Notes: generated by a model not told the origin, from the letters alone. A stretch of 64,000 nucleotides of DNA from an uncultured Gammaproteobacteria bacterium (GCA_964355175.1 CAYHBZ010000002.1:119189-183188); one strand, 5' to 3'. Counted from the first letter of the stretch, positions 20,261 through 29,116 are shown. Translations and numbers: made by a program.

Positions 20261-20437
20261 ATTCTCCACGAAACAATTATTTTTTAACAGTGAAACGTTC
20301 GCACAATTTGCAACTCCTTCCGCTCTGGCCGTGAACTCGTCGTTTGGCTCCTCAAACAGCACGGCCAGCCACGCGTCAGGACTCACAAATTGTCTGCTCA
20401 CTTTTTCAATGTTAAAAAATAATTGTTTCGTGGAGAA
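20261..20437. repeat. 177-bp element bounded by perfect 29-bp inverted repeats
   Basis: ATTCTCCACGAAACAATTATTTTTTAACA (20261-20289) and its exact reverse complement (20409-20437) flank a 119-bp GC-richer core. The core contains hairpin CTGGCCGTG..CACGGCCAG. Confidence 0.5.
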
Positions 20438-20455
20438 TTCTAAATTTATAAGTTT

Positions 20456-21178
20456 ATGTCAGGACATTCAAAATGGCACAATATTCAACAGCGCAAGGGT
20501 AAACAGGATGCCAAGCGCAGTAGTATGTTTTCTAAATTTTCTAAGGCGATTACTATCGCCGCACAGCGTGGCGGCGGTGATCCCGACTCTAATTTTTCTT
20601 TGCGTATCGCGATAGATAAAGCCAAAGCGGTATCAATGCCAAAGGATAATATTGAGAGGGCTGTCAAAAAAGGTATTGGTGCGGATGGTGGTGCTCAGAT
20701 CGAAGAAGTGTACTACGAAGCTTTTGGTCCAGGCGGTACAGCAGTGATTATTAAATGTCTCACTGATAATAAAAATCGTACCGTGGCTGATGTAAAACAT
20801 ATTTTGACCAAAAATGGTGGCAGTATGGGAGGTAATGGTAGTGTGATGTGGATGTTTGAACAGTGTGGAATTATTCAGTTTGAAAAGTCTAAAATACCGG
20901 GAGGTATGGAGCTTTTTGAATTGGAAATTATTGAAGCTGGAGCGGACGATATATCTATTGAAGGGGATCAAGTAGAGATAAAAACTAAGGTAGAAAATTT
21001 TGGCAAAGTATCTGGTAAACTAAAAGAGCTTGGTATTGAAGCGGACGATGCTGGTCTGCGCTACGTCGCCAAAGAAGAAATGGCCATAGACGAAGAAGTG
21101 CGTGAACAAATATCCGGATTATTTGAAGCCCTAGAAGAAAATGATGATGTGGATGATTATTATACCAACGCCGGTTAA
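20456..21178 (+). CDS. yebC: YebC/PmpR-family probable transcriptional regulatory protein
   Basis: MSGHSKWHNIQQRKGKQDAKR.. N-terminus and overall YebC architecture. Confidence 0.9.
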   Translation: MSGHSKWHNIQQRKGKQDAKRSSMFSKFSKAITIAAQRGGGDPDSNFSLRIAIDKAKAVSMPKDNIERAVKKGIGADGGAQIEEVYYEAFGPGGTAVIIKCLTDNKNRTVADVKHILTKNGGSMGGNGSVMWMFEQCGIIQFEKSKIPGGMELFELEIIEAGADDISIEGDQVEIKTKVENFGKVSGKLKELGIEADDAGLRYVAKEEMAIDEEVREQISGLFEALEENDDVDDYYTNAG

Positions 21179-21184
21179 ACCTTA

Positions 21185-21237
21185 TGTCATCCCGAACGAA
21201 CGTGAGGGATCTTTCGTTGCACTCAAGATGACAAAAT
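21185..21237. repeat. GTCATCC..GGATC intergenic repeat, copy b, with outer TGTCATC/GATGACA inverted repeat
   Basis: TGTCATCCCGAACGAACGTGAGGGATC...GATGACA fills the yebC-ruvC gap. Confidence 0.4.
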
Positions 21238-21241
21238 AAAT

Positions 21242-21745
21242 ATGATTCTAAAAACCGAAATTATACTTGGTATTGATCCTGGTTTTGGCCGTATGGGTTT
21301 TGGTATTATAGAAAAATTAAAAACAGGGGAGTGGAAAGCGCTTGATTATGGTTGTATTGATACATCGCCGAAGAAAAAATTTACCGATCGACTGTTAGAG
21401 ATTAGCAATTCCATAAATTTTCTGATAAAAAAACATAAACCAAATAGAATGGCCGTAGAAAAACTTTTCTTTTCTAGAAATGTAACTACCGCTATTGAGG
21501 TGGCGCAAGCGCGCGGAGCAATATTATTATCAGGCGCGCAAGCTGATTTGGAAATTGATGAATTTACACCACCGCAAATAAAACAAGCTATCACTGGATA
21601 CGGCAGTGCTGAAAAACAGCAGATGCAAAGAATGGTGGCGATAATTCTTGGAATAAAAGGTAAAATAAAATCCGATGACGCGGCTGATGCTTTGGCGGTG
21701 GCACTCTGTGCTGGACAAAGTGCGTGGATTAAAAAATTAAGATAA
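21242..21745 (+). CDS. ruvC: crossover junction endodeoxyribonuclease RuvC
   Basis: ILGIDPGFGRMGFGII N-terminal RNase H-like motif. Length 167 aa. Confidence 0.9.
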   Translation: MILKTEIILGIDPGFGRMGFGIIEKLKTGEWKALDYGCIDTSPKKKFTDRLLEISNSINFLIKKHKPNRMAVEKLFFSRNVTTAIEVAQARGAILLSGAQADLEIDEFTPPQIKQAITGYGSAEKQQMQRMVAIILGIKGKIKSDDAADALAVALCAGQSAWIKKLR

Positions 21746-21751
21746 TTTTAT

Positions 21752-22681
21752 ATGAATTATATTATTTTAAACAATGGAGAAAAAATGCCAGTATTGGGAT
21801 TAGGTACTTGGAAATCTCCCAAGGATAAAGTTGGGCAAGCGGTCAAATATGCTATTACAGAATGTGGTTATAGGCATATTGATTGCGCTGCTATTTATGG
21901 AAATGAAAAAGAGATAGGGGAGGTTTTTAAAGAGATCTTTTCAGAGGGTAAGATAAAAAGAGAAGATATTTTTATCACTAGCAAATTATGGAATGATTCA
22001 CATGCTAAAAATGATGTAGAGGCTGCTTACAAAAAAACTTTAATTGATTTGCAACTAGATTATTTGGATTTATATCTTGTGCACTGGGCCGTGGCCTCGC
22101 CGAAAGGTTTGGGTGGGGACCCGGTTGATGAAAATGGCGTCATTATTATTGATCCAATTTCTACTCAGGAAACTTGGCAGGCAATGGAAAAATTACTGTC
22201 AGATGGGTTGGTTAAATCAATTGGAGTTGCTAATTTTACTGGTCCGTTGTTGATAGATTTGCTGACGTATGCCAAAATTATTCCTGCTGTTAATCAGATT
22301 GAATTACATCCGTATAATCAACAGTCTAAATTAGTAGATTTTTGCAAATATAAAAAAATCGCAGTTACCGCTTATTCGCCTTTGGGTTCGCCGGCCAATA
22401 ACAAAAAACAAGAAAATCCACCTAGATTGTTTGATGATGAAAAAATAAAATATTTAGCGAATAAATATAATAAAATTCCAGCACAGATTTTAATTAGATG
22501 GGCAATCCAACGCGGTACAATCGCTATTCCAAAAAGTGTTACTCCGGAAAATATTAAAAATAATATTAAAATTTTTGATTTTGAGTTATCCGATGATGAT
22601 ATGGATGAAATATCAAAATTAGATAAACGTCATCGTTTTATTGATCCGAGCCAGTGGTGGGGTATTCCATATTTTGATTAA
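21752..22681 (+). CDS. aldo/keto reductase (AKR family)
   Basis: GLGTWKS..YRHIDCAAIYGNE..LWN..H.. AKR signature. 309 aa. Confidence 0.88.
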   Translation: MNYIILNNGEKMPVLGLGTWKSPKDKVGQAVKYAITECGYRHIDCAAIYGNEKEIGEVFKEIFSEGKIKREDIFITSKLWNDSHAKNDVEAAYKKTLIDLQLDYLDLYLVHWAVASPKGLGGDPVDENGVIIIDPISTQETWQAMEKLLSDGLVKSIGVANFTGPLLIDLLTYAKIIPAVNQIELHPYNQQSKLVDFCKYKKIAVTAYSPLGSPANNKKQENPPRLFDDEKIKYLANKYNKIPAQILIRWAIQRGTIAIPKSVTPENIKNNIKIFDFELSDDDMDEISKLDKRHRFIDPSQWWGIPYFD

Positions 22682-22684
22682 ATT

Positions 22685-23335
22685 ATGTTAAAAGTTTTAT
22701 ACGAAGACAATCACCTAATCGCTGTATTCAAACCGGCCGGTGTTTTGGTACAAGGGGATGATACCGGGGATGAATGTCTAATGGATGAAGTGAAAGATTA
22801 TATCAAAGAAAAATATAATAAGCCTGGGCAGGTATTTTTGGGGCTTTTGCATAGATTGGATCGTCCGGTGTCGGGGGTAGTTTTATTTTCCAAAACCAGT
22901 AAGGGAGCCGCTAGATTATCCGAGCAGATTCGTAGTCATACAGTGCAGAAAACTTACCGGTGTCTGGTAGAGGGTAAGCTTAAAAAAGAAAAAGGCACTT
23001 TGGTAAATTGGCTCAGAAAAGATGAACAAAAAAATAAGACCACTGTTTTTGATGTAGAAAGAGGGGATGCAATGTATGCTGAATTGGATTACAAGGTATT
23101 AAAGACTGATGGTAAAAATTCACTGCTGGAAATTAATCTCAAGACCGGTCGTCCACACCAGATTCGCTCCCAGCTGGCGCATCTAGGGCATCCGATAATT
23201 GGCGATCTAAAATACGGCGCCAGATATGCCAATCCAGATAAATCCATTTCACTTTGTTCAACTTCTTTCACTTTTGAAACCGCTACTGGTGGAGAAACAA
23301 AAACAGCGACTGTAGAGCCGCCGTTTTCTCTATAA
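22685..23335 (+). CDS. RluA-family pseudouridine synthase
   Basis: HRLDRPVSGVVLFSKT catalytic-Asp motif of the RluA family. Confidence 0.85.
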   Translation: MLKVLYEDNHLIAVFKPAGVLVQGDDTGDECLMDEVKDYIKEKYNKPGQVFLGLLHRLDRPVSGVVLFSKTSKGAARLSEQIRSHTVQKTYRCLVEGKLKKEKGTLVNWLRKDEQKNKTTVFDVERGDAMYAELDYKVLKTDGKNSLLEINLKTGRPHQIRSQLAHLGHPIIGDLKYGARYANPDKSISLCSTSFTFETATGGETKTATVEPPFSL

Positions 23336-23411
23336 CATTTTGTCATTCCCGTGAAAACGGGAATCTAATGAATTAATGTGGATTCCCGTTTTCACGGGAA
23401 TGACAAAATGT
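23335..23411. terminator. bidirectional hairpin: perfect 27-bp inverted repeat (GTCATTCCCG family) between convergent genes
   Basis: TTGTCATTCCCGTGAAAACGGGAATC (23339-23365) and its exact reverse complement (23381-23406), separated by a 15-bp spacer. Each arm contains the sub-hairpin CCCGTGAAAACGGG. Confidence 0.55.
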
Positions 23412-24106
23412 TATATTTTCTCAAAGAGCGGTTTATATATATCTTCCTTGATATCTATTTTTAATTCTGTGTGATTTATCTTGTATGTGAATTCTATTGG
23501 CGCGTCCGATATTACGCAGAGCGGTTGTTTTTCTGTGCCTTCGCCCATCACCAGTACGGCGGCGGTAGCCAGACTATCGGCAATATCGGTTTTGGAAAAT
23601 TCAAATGGTCGTCCGAATAAATCCGGTTTACCAATATAATTTTTTATCCCTTTGAACCCGGCGTATCCTAGAGAGATGCCGACCACGCCGGCGCGTAGAG
23701 GCAATAGGCGACTATCGGTAACGATTACCCCTAGTTTTTTGAGACGATATTTTTTTCGTATGTGATCACGAATTATTTTGGCACTGGCGTAGCTATTCTG
23801 TGGTAATAATATTAATTTGCCATTGGCGTTGGATTCGTCCACGCCGGCGTTGGCCAATACATCACCATCTTTTATCGTAAGGTATACATATTTGGTTTTT
23901 ACACCCCAATCACTTTCTTTTTTTATGATAGCGTCTTTTTCTTTTTCATTTTTTACCACACAAAATCTGCCCTCTGATAAAGCAATAATTTTGGAAGTTA
24001 CTACTACGACATCTTTCTCTTTTATTTTGGGTAAATATTTATCCAAAAAATCCAAAAGATTTTCGTTTTCTTTAAACAGTTTGGTTTTGAACGGTTGGAC
24101 TAGCAT
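23411..24106 (-). CDS. CofE-like protein (F420-0:gamma-glutamyl ligase family fold)
   Basis: VVVTSKIIALSEGR, ANAGVDESN and DSRLLPLRAGVVGISLGYAG blocks match the CofE/nitroreductase-associated ligase family pattern. Confidence 0.65.
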   Translation of the reverse strand: MLVQPFKTKLFKENENLLDFLDKYLPKIKEKDVVVVTSKIIALSEGRFCVVKNEKEKDAIIKKESDWGVKTKYVYLTIKDGDVLANAGVDESNANGKLILLPQNSYASAKIIRDHIRKKYRLKKLGVIVTDSRLLPLRAGVVGISLGYAGFKGIKNYIGKPDLFGRPFEFSKTDIADSLATAAVLVMGEGTEKQPLCVISDAPIEFTYKINHTELKIDIKEDIYKPLFEKI

Positions 24107-24752
24107 TTTCTTTTCCTTTTAATAAACGAATACCGACATAGCTGAAAGGAGTGAACAAGAAGCCCATCATTACTTTGTAGATCCACCATGGTATGATGAT
24201 CATAATCAAAGTTTTGAGCGGATACACGCCGTAGAAAGCCACAAACATGAAAATTACAGTATCAAGCAATTGAGACCATATATTGGAAAGATTGGCGCGG
24301 ATCCAAAAATATTTGGCGCCGATATTCTTTTTGAAGAAAAAGAAAGACAATACATCCTGGTATTCACCGATAATATAAGCCAGGAGTGAAGCGATAGAAA
24401 TACGAGCAGAAAGGCCAAATACGGTATCGTAGCTTTCTTTGACCCATAGCGCGCGACTACCCCAAGGAGCAATGTAGGAAATGCCAGAGTAGATCAAAAA
24501 TAGTAGAATGCTCAGAGCGCCGGCAATTACGAACATGCGAGCCGTTTTTTTGCCGTAGACTTCACCGATGACATCGGTGGTCATAAATACAAAAGGGAAA
24601 GAAAATACCGCTACCGAAATTTGTGTACCCCACAAAAACGGCATAAGTTTGGTGCCCAAAGTATTGGAGGCAAAAAGCGATACAATATATATAGTTAAGG
24701 CGATTACTAGTTTAAGTGAGAATTCCGTTTTTTCCTGTTTGGTTTCCATCAT
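24072..24752 (-). CDS. queuosine-precursor transporter YhhQ/VUT-family membrane protein
   Basis: Six TM helices. TDVIGEVYG and RANLSN..SQLLDT..F..AFYG resemble YhhQ (DUF165). Confidence 0.65.
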   Translation of the reverse strand: MMETKQEKTEFSLKLVIALTIYIVSLFASNTLGTKLMPFLWGTQISVAVFSFPFVFMTTDVIGEVYGKKTARMFVIAGALSILLFLIYSGISYIAPWGSRALWVKESYDTVFGLSARISIASLLAYIIGEYQDVLSFFFFKKNIGAKYFWIRANLSNIWSQLLDTVIFMFVAFYGVYPLKTLIMIIIPWWIYKVMMGFLFTPFSYVGIRLLKGKENASPTVQNQTV

Positions 24753-25579
24753 AGGATTTGTTTTAAGATATTATTTATAAAATTAAAGTCTCCATCTTCT
24801 CCTATTACTACATCAAATTTTGGCGCAAATTTTTCTTCCAGTTCTTTTTTGTTGGCAAAAGCAATGGTGAGAAGATTGGTATAGTCAAAACCCTCAATCA
24901 TGCCCAGGTCGTCAATTTGATCGCCAAGTAAAATGACATTTGTTCTTTCTTTGAGCTTTTCAAAGAAAGGGAATTCTCGCAAAATTATTTCATATTTATT
25001 TTGTGAATGAATAATAGGTTTTTTGTAATTTATCATGTAGTCTTCAGCGTCGTATTCGTAATAGTTGGCTACAATATGAACATTGTCGGTAAGTATACCG
25101 CACAATTTCAATTGTTTTTCAATCATATAAGCCACACCACCCGACATTATTATTACCGGCACATTGTATTGGTGTAGTAGCTGAAAAGCTTCCACCACCC
25201 CAGCGCGTAGTTGGAGGTGTCCGGCCGCCATGGCGGCATCCATATCACGCTTGTTGAGCTTGGAGTGAATTAGGAGCTCGCTATGTTTTATCCACCATTC
25301 TTCCATTTTTATTAATCGCTCAGCGCGGGGGATAGATTGATCATGTTCAAGCGGATGATATTTCTCAAAAAGTTCATAAGATGCGGCGGCGTATTCGGGT
25401 GTGAGGTGGCCGCCGGCGCGCAACAGACCAATAATTGATCCGACCGGCTTTCCATCTATATAGGCCACTTCGCTGAGGGTCTTATCAAAGTCCGCCAAGA
25501 TATGCAGTTTAGGGGCTTTGCCTTCAGCCATCTTTTTTATCACGGCCGCAAGTTTTGCTTCATTATATATGAGATTCAT
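24749..25579 (-). CDS. HAD-superfamily pyrimidine 5'-nucleotidase, NT5C3/UMPH-1-like (eukaryote-type)
   Basis: HAD motif I ADFDKTLS. C-terminal VILLGDQIDDLGM and the terminal NNILKQIL closely parallel cytosolic 5'-nucleotidase III. Confidence 0.65.
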   Translation of the reverse strand: MNLIYNEAKLAAVIKKMAEGKAPKLHILADFDKTLSEVAYIDGKPVGSIIGLLRAGGHLTPEYAAASYELFEKYHPLEHDQSIPRAERLIKMEEWWIKHSELLIHSKLNKRDMDAAMAAGHLQLRAGVVEAFQLLHQYNVPVIIMSGGVAYMIEKQLKLCGILTDNVHIVANYYEYDAEDYMINYKKPIIHSQNKYEIILREFPFFEKLKERTNVILLGDQIDDLGMIEGFDYTNLLTIAFANKKELEEKFAPKFDVVIGEDGDFNFINNILKQIL

Positions 25580-25668
25580 ACAAATTGACCGAGCTTACTA
25601 TATATAGTAGAATTATTTAACATCCTAACCGCCGTATATTAGCTTGAATTATAGAGAAAATCACCCTT

Positions 25669-26946
25669 TTGGTCAATATGATAAAGCGAATTGTCGACCT
25701 CCATATCCATTCTAAATATGCGCGTGCTTGCTCGCCTTTGCTTGAAATTCCCAATATTGCCAAAGCTTGTGAACAGAAGGGCATAAATATTTGTGGTACC
25801 GGGGATTTTACGCATCCTTCTTGGTTTGCGCATTTGGAAAAAGAACTAAAAGAGATAGGTAATACCGGTCTTTATGCCTGGAAAAATGGCCAGAGTCCGA
25901 CTAGGTTTATTTTGACCAGCGAGATTGCTTGTATTTATAAACATAAAGACAAAGTACGCCGTATGCATCTGATTTTGGTTGCCCCTAGTTTGGAAGCGGC
26001 CGCAAAATTAAATGAAGCTTTTGTTGGGCGTAAGGTAAATTTGCGCTCCGATGGCCGCCCTATCATGGGTTTGCACGCCAAAGAAGTGCTCAAAATGATG
26101 ATCGCGATAGACAAACGCTTTATGCTCATTCCGGCCCATGCCTGGACCCCTTGGTTTGCGGTGTTTGGATCTAAATCAGGGTATGACAGCCTAGAAGAAT
26201 GCTTTGAAGAATTGACACCACATATCAAAGCGATAGAAACTGGGCTATCTAGTGATCCGACTATGAATCACCAGCTTCGCCAGCTGGATAATATTGTGCT
26301 TATATCCAATTCAGATGCTCACAGCTTGGATAATCTTGGGCGTGAAGCCAATGTATTTGCTTTTGAAAAAGAAAAAGATATCACTTATGATGGCGTACGC
26401 GACTGTATCGAAAGCAATGATCAAAAAAAGTTTTTATATACTATCGAATTTTATCCGGAAGAAGGTATGTATCATGTTGATGGTCACCGTATCTGTAAAG
26501 TAAGTATGGAACCAAAAGAAACCAAGAAAAATAAAAACATTTGTCCGGTATGTAAAAAATCATTGACCATAGGCGTATTGCATCGGGTGTCGGATCTGGC
26601 CGATCGCGAGGTCAAAGATATTAAACCCGGTAAATTTATCCCACATAAATATATTGTGCCGTTGCGTGAGATTATCGCGGAAGCATTTGAAGTGGGTAAA
26701 GGAAGTAAAAAGGTAGATACCGAATATAAAAGCATGATAAGTAATCTTGGAAGCGAATTTTTTATTTTACTCGATGCGAATTTGGAAGAAATAAAAGAAG
26801 TTGTAAGTAATCCTAATATTTATATTGGTATAAAAAATATGCGGGCGCAGGATGTGGTGGCTACCCCTGGATTTGATGGCCAGTATGGTAAAGTAAAAAC
26901 TATTAAAACCCCTATAAAAACAGCCAAACAAGCGAAATTGATATAA
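25669..26946 (+). CDS. PHP-domain phosphoesterase with C-terminal Zn-ribbon, endonuclease Q (EndoQ)-like
   Basis: N-terminal DLHIHSKYA PHP motif, further His/Asp metal ligands, and a C-terminal C..CPVCKK cluster. Size ~420 aa as for EndoQ. Confidence 0.55.
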   Translation: MVNMIKRIVDLHIHSKYARACSPLLEIPNIAKACEQKGINICGTGDFTHPSWFAHLEKELKEIGNTGLYAWKNGQSPTRFILTSEIACIYKHKDKVRRMHLILVAPSLEAAAKLNEAFVGRKVNLRSDGRPIMGLHAKEVLKMMIAIDKRFMLIPAHAWTPWFAVFGSKSGYDSLEECFEELTPHIKAIETGLSSDPTMNHQLRQLDNIVLISNSDAHSLDNLGREANVFAFEKEKDITYDGVRDCIESNDQKKFLYTIEFYPEEGMYHVDGHRICKVSMEPKETKKNKNICPVCKKSLTIGVLHRVSDLADREVKDIKPGKFIPHKYIVPLREIIAEAFEVGKGSKKVDTEYKSMISNLGSEFFILLDANLEEIKEVVSNPNIYIGIKNMRAQDVVATPGFDGQYGKVKTIKTPIKTAKQAKLI

Positions 26947-26971
26947 TATAAGTACAAAAATAAAAAGCAAA

Positions 26972-27002
26972 TAAAAAATCCGCAATTAAGCGGATTTTTT
27001 TG
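26972..27002. terminator. bidirectional terminator (A-run/hairpin/T-run)
   Basis: AAAAAATCCGCAATTAAGCGGATTTTTTT serves the + gene ending at 26946 and the - mini-gene ending at 27008. Confidence 0.6.
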
Positions 27003-27007
27003 AAGAA

Positions 27008-27112
27008 CTATTTCTTCTTTTTAGCAGCTTTCTTTTTCTTTGGAGCAGCTTTTCTCTTTTTAGGAGCAGCTTTCTTCGCTTTAGCTTTTTTTACTTTTTT
27101 AGCTTTTGGCAT
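27008..27112 (-). CDS. 34-aa Lys/Ala-rich highly basic mini-protein ([34 protein letters not shown])
   Basis: Not in the ORF track because it is too short. Strong SD AGGAGGTG 7 nt upstream of the ATG (rc of 27113-27130) and flanked by a terminator. Composition resembles histone H1/HU-tail (AKKA) repeats. Confidence 0.5.
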   Translation of the reverse strand: MPKAKKVKKAKAKKAAPKKRKAAPKKKKAAKKKK

Positions 27113-27327
27113 AATGTTTCACCTCCTGGGTACTCTCTTTAAAGTGAGAGTCTTTTAATTTTTTCTACTCGCGAGTGCGAGAAAAAATTTTTTAGAAGAA
27201 TCTTTTTACAAGACAAGCATTGTTGTAAAAAAATTTTTTCTTTCGACCTACATATATTATAATCTTTTCCTTTGGAAAATGGAATAGTATTTGGGAAAGT
27301 TATACACAGGGTGTCAATGGAATCTAA

Positions 27328-27506
27328 TTTATAAAATATTTTAATTTATTTTTATACTTTGCTTCGCTTTGGACAAATTGAAAATTTTTTCTTTACGTAA
27401 AATGCATAACTCGCTTCGCTCAAACAGATGCATTTTACTAAAAAAATTCTCAATTTGTTTCCAAGAGCTTCGCAGAGTATAAAAATAAATTAAAATATTT
27501 TATAAA
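27328..27506. promoter_or_regulatory. ~180-bp complex palindrome with three direct GCTTCGC motifs at ~52-54 bp phasing
   Basis: The arm TTTATAAAATATTTTAATTTATTTTTATAC (27328-27357) is mirrored at 27477-27506. There is an inner palindrome GTAAAATGCAT..ATGCATTTTAC. GCTTCGC occurs at 27361, 27413 and 27467. Confidence 0.4.
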
Positions 27507-27523
27507 TTAAAAAACTTTATTCT

Positions 27524-27556
27524 TTAAATAAAAAAATAACACTTTGTAGTGTTATT
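27524..27556 (-). terminator. terminator for the tRNA-Lys/tRNA-Arg transcript
   Basis: On the minus strand, AAATAACACTACAAAGTGTTATTT is followed by a T-rich run. Confidence 0.5.
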
Positions 27557-27561
27557 TGTTG

Positions 27562-27633
27562 TGCCCTCGGCAGGAGTCGAACCCACATCCCCAGGTTCGA
27601 AGCCTGGTGTCCTATCCGTTGAACGACAAGGGC
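27562..27633 (-). tRNA. tRNA-Arg (anticodon TCG)
   Basis: Manual fold of the reverse complement. Acceptor GCCCTTG/CGAGGGC, anticodon stem CCAGG/CCTGG with loop CTTCGAA, and T-arm TGGGTTCGACTCCTG? (GGTTCGA). 72 nt. Confidence 0.7.
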
Positions 27634-27662
27634 GTAAAACCCTCGTCAATGCGAGGGTTAAG

Positions 27663-27735
27663 TGGGCCGGCCGGGGATCGAACCCGGGACCTTATCCTTA
27701 AGAGGGATCTGCTCTACCAGCTGAGCTACCGGCCC
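27663..27735 (-). tRNA. tRNA-Lys (anticodon CTT)
   Basis: Reverse complement GGGCCGGTAGCTCAGCTGGTAGAGC..CTCTTAA..CCGGGTTCGATCCCCGGCCGGCCCA. Acceptor and T-arm are canonical. The anticodon stem has one 27:43 mismatch. An intergenic hairpin AACCCTCG-TCAAT-GCGAGGGTT separates it from tRNA-Arg. Confidence 0.65.
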
Positions 27736-27744
27736 GAAAGGTGA

Positions 27745-28512
27745 TTACTCTGAATCACCGGTTTGTTTTTTCATTATTTCAATCTTTGGTCCTTTCCACG
27801 CTTTTATTTTTAGCGCGGCTTCGGCCGCTTCGGTTTGGGCTTCTTGTTTACTGCTACCCATGCCCGAGGCAATTAATTCTTTTTCTAAAAATATACCTAC
27901 CTTAAACATTTTGTCATGATCTGGTCCACTTTCTTCAAGTACTCTATAGGTTGGAGTGACACCTATTAATTCTTGAGCGGATTCTTGGAAGCGACTCTTG
28001 GCGTCCATATACAGACCATTTTCTAAAATGTAAGGTAATTTAGTAAGAACATAGCGGGCAATGAATTGCTTGGCACCATCATATCCTTGATCTACATATA
28101 TGGCACCCACTACTGCTTCGAAAGCATTCGCCATGATATAGTCTCGAGCTTTGGTGCCAGCGTCTTTGGCTTCACCGTGGCTGAGAAATAGATATGGCTC
28201 CATGCCAATTTCATACGCGACGCTGGCCAGCATTTTGGCATTTACCAGAGCGGCGCGCCAGTTGGTGAGTTCACCTTCTGGATTTTCATATTGATTGTAA
28301 AGATATTCAGTGACGACTAATTCTACCACAGCATCTCCTAAAAATTCAAGTCTTTCGTTTTGGCCCAGAGCGAAGTCATGGTGCTCATTGAGATAAGAGC
28401 GGTGCACGAAGGCTTGGTATAAGATGTTGATGTTTTTGAATTTTACTCCTAGTTTATTTTCTAGTAAGGGGAAATTTTTTTCCTGTACTTCGGGTAAACT
28501 GTTGATGTCCAT
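27745..28512 (-). CDS. rnc: ribonuclease III
   Basis: RNase III signature ERLEFLGDAVVELVVTEY and a C-terminal dsRBD. Confidence 0.93.
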   Translation of the reverse strand: MDINSLPEVQEKNFPLLENKLGVKFKNINILYQAFVHRSYLNEHHDFALGQNERLEFLGDAVVELVVTEYLYNQYENPEGELTNWRAALVNAKMLASVAYEIGMEPYLFLSHGEAKDAGTKARDYIMANAFEAVVGAIYVDQGYDGAKQFIARYVLTKLPYILENGLYMDAKSRFQESAQELIGVTPTYRVLEESGPDHDKMFKVGIFLEKELIASGMGSSKQEAQTEAAEAALKIKAWKGPKIEIMKKQTGDSE

Positions 28513-28602
28513 ATATAGTGAGATTGCTCACTTATCGTATAGCGCGCAATAAATGGGCGATAGAGGATAAGCGATAAATTAAATAAGTGAGAGAAGAAGA
28601 AA

Positions 28603-29070
28603 TTATTTTTTCTTTTCAGTTGGCGTTTCCACTTCGGCAATTGGTTCGCCGTTTGGGAACATATCTTTGTATAGAGAGCCAAGTACTCCGTTTACAAATT
28701 TGCCGCTAGCTGGGCCGCCGTAGCTTTTGCCGAGCTCGATGGCTTCGTTAATAGCTACTTTTGGTGGTACTTCGGGATTAAATTTTAATTCCCAGATCCC
28801 AATGCGTAGAATATTTCTATCAACGATAGTGATTTTTTCCAAAGGCCAGTTGGGCGCGTATTTCACGATGATTTCGTCAACTTCTTTTTGATGGTCGATA
28901 ACACCGTCGACGATTTGAGTAGCAAAATTTTTTTCACTGCCAAGACCAATACCAAATTCTACAATATTATGTTCCAAAATCGCCGGTAACCCCGCGCTTG
29001 GCTGGCCACGAAAATCCCATTCGAAAATGGTTTGCATGGCGATAGAGCGTGCCAGATGACGATTGGACAT
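28603..29070 (-). CDS. nusB: transcription antitermination factor NusB
   Basis: [17 protein letters not shown] and [13 protein letters not shown] NusB blocks. Start placed at the internal Met (MSNRHLAR); the track ORF extends 13 codons upstream. Confidence 0.75.
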   Translation of the reverse strand: MSNRHLARSIAMQTIFEWDFRGQPSAGLPAILEHNIVEFGIGLGSEKNFATQIVDGVIDHQKEVDEIIVKYAPNWPLEKITIVDRNILRIGIWELKFNPEVPPKVAINEAIELGKSYGGPASGKFVNGVLGSLYKDMFPNGEPIAEVETPTEKKK

Positions 29071-29116
29071 AAAAGGAAACACAAGGCCAATAGCAAAGCT
29101 ATTGGCCAAGAGTTAA

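Noticed and set aside
20172-20615. 147-aa track ORF spanning the rpoC-yebC intergenic region and the start of yebC
   Set aside because: It runs through the GTCATCC repeat and the 29-bp inverted-repeat element, overlaps the well-supported yebC start, and has no coding signature. Classic spurious ORF caused by repeats.
27556-27744. 62-aa ORF on + strand
   Set aside because: Covers the two minus-strand tRNA genes (Arg and Lys). Spurious.
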